NCBI RefSeq assembly: GCF_902713615.1
Contig: NC_052162.1
Span: 62,859,913-62,923,912 of the forward strand
Length of the DNA stretch: 64,000 bases
Direction: 5' to 3'
Origin: Scyliorhinus canicula
Lineage: Eukaryota
The notes beneath the pieces are model-generated. The model did no database searches. It saw only the letters and a program-made list of their open reading frames with translations, and had not been told where the DNA came from. This document shows positions 63,713 through 64,000 of this stretch, one piece after another; the first letter of the stretch is position 1; every line of letters starts with the position of its first letter. The translations under genes and the position numbers were made by a program.

Positions 63713-63775
63713 GACACTGAAAGCTTGAAGAAGAAGAAGAAGAAGAAAAAGGAAAAGGCTGAAACGGGCAAATGA
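63713..63775 (+). CDS. DKC1: DKC1 exon 16 (last coding exon)
   Basis: DTESLKKKKKKKKEKAETGK*. Confidence 0.92.
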   Translation, partial: DTESLKKKKKKKKEKAETGK

Positions 63776-64000
63776 TGGATTGACTCAACACATCTCGATC
63801 TTTGGCAAACGGGGAGGAATGTTCACCCTGGGACAGAACTTGATGAAAATGCACCACCTTAATTTCCACCTAATGATCAGAGACATCAAAGTTGTTGCGT
63901 TTGAATGACTTTCACACTTGTGTGCAATCTCGTAAATCAGGTTCTTACTCCCACATTCAGTTCACTATCCTGTTGTAAAGGTAGTAGTCTGGGGATGTAC

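Overview
Vertebrate genomic DNA. The repeat content (HE1/V-SINEs, Deu-domain SINEs, CR1, L1-like LINEs, Penelope-derived palindromes) points to a shark, possibly a catshark; the taxon is inferred. Two intact multi-exon genes lie in tandem on the + strand. TMLHE (trimethyllysine dioxygenase) has a CpG-island promoter at ~10.1-10.9 kb and 7 coding exons at 17121-32370 encoding 422 aa. DKC1 (dyskerin) has 16 coding exons at 44231-63775 encoding 534 aa. All exons were assembled by hand with GT-AG borders and consistent phases. DKC1 introns host SNORD17, a SNORD84/SNORD117 (U83/U84)-family RNA, SNORA36 and a SNORA56 whose 3' half is hit by a SINE, plus weaker structured-RNA candidates. Both promoters contain tandem repeats that multiply NRF1-like or ZNF143-like motifs. 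The rest is mostly transposable elements: a solo LTR, a large CR1 inside an internally deleted L1, Tigger-like MITEs (one packed with palindromes and a minisatellite), many SINEs, a decayed tRNA-Glu and a 131-N gap. Comparisons to human sequences are from memory; no searches were run.
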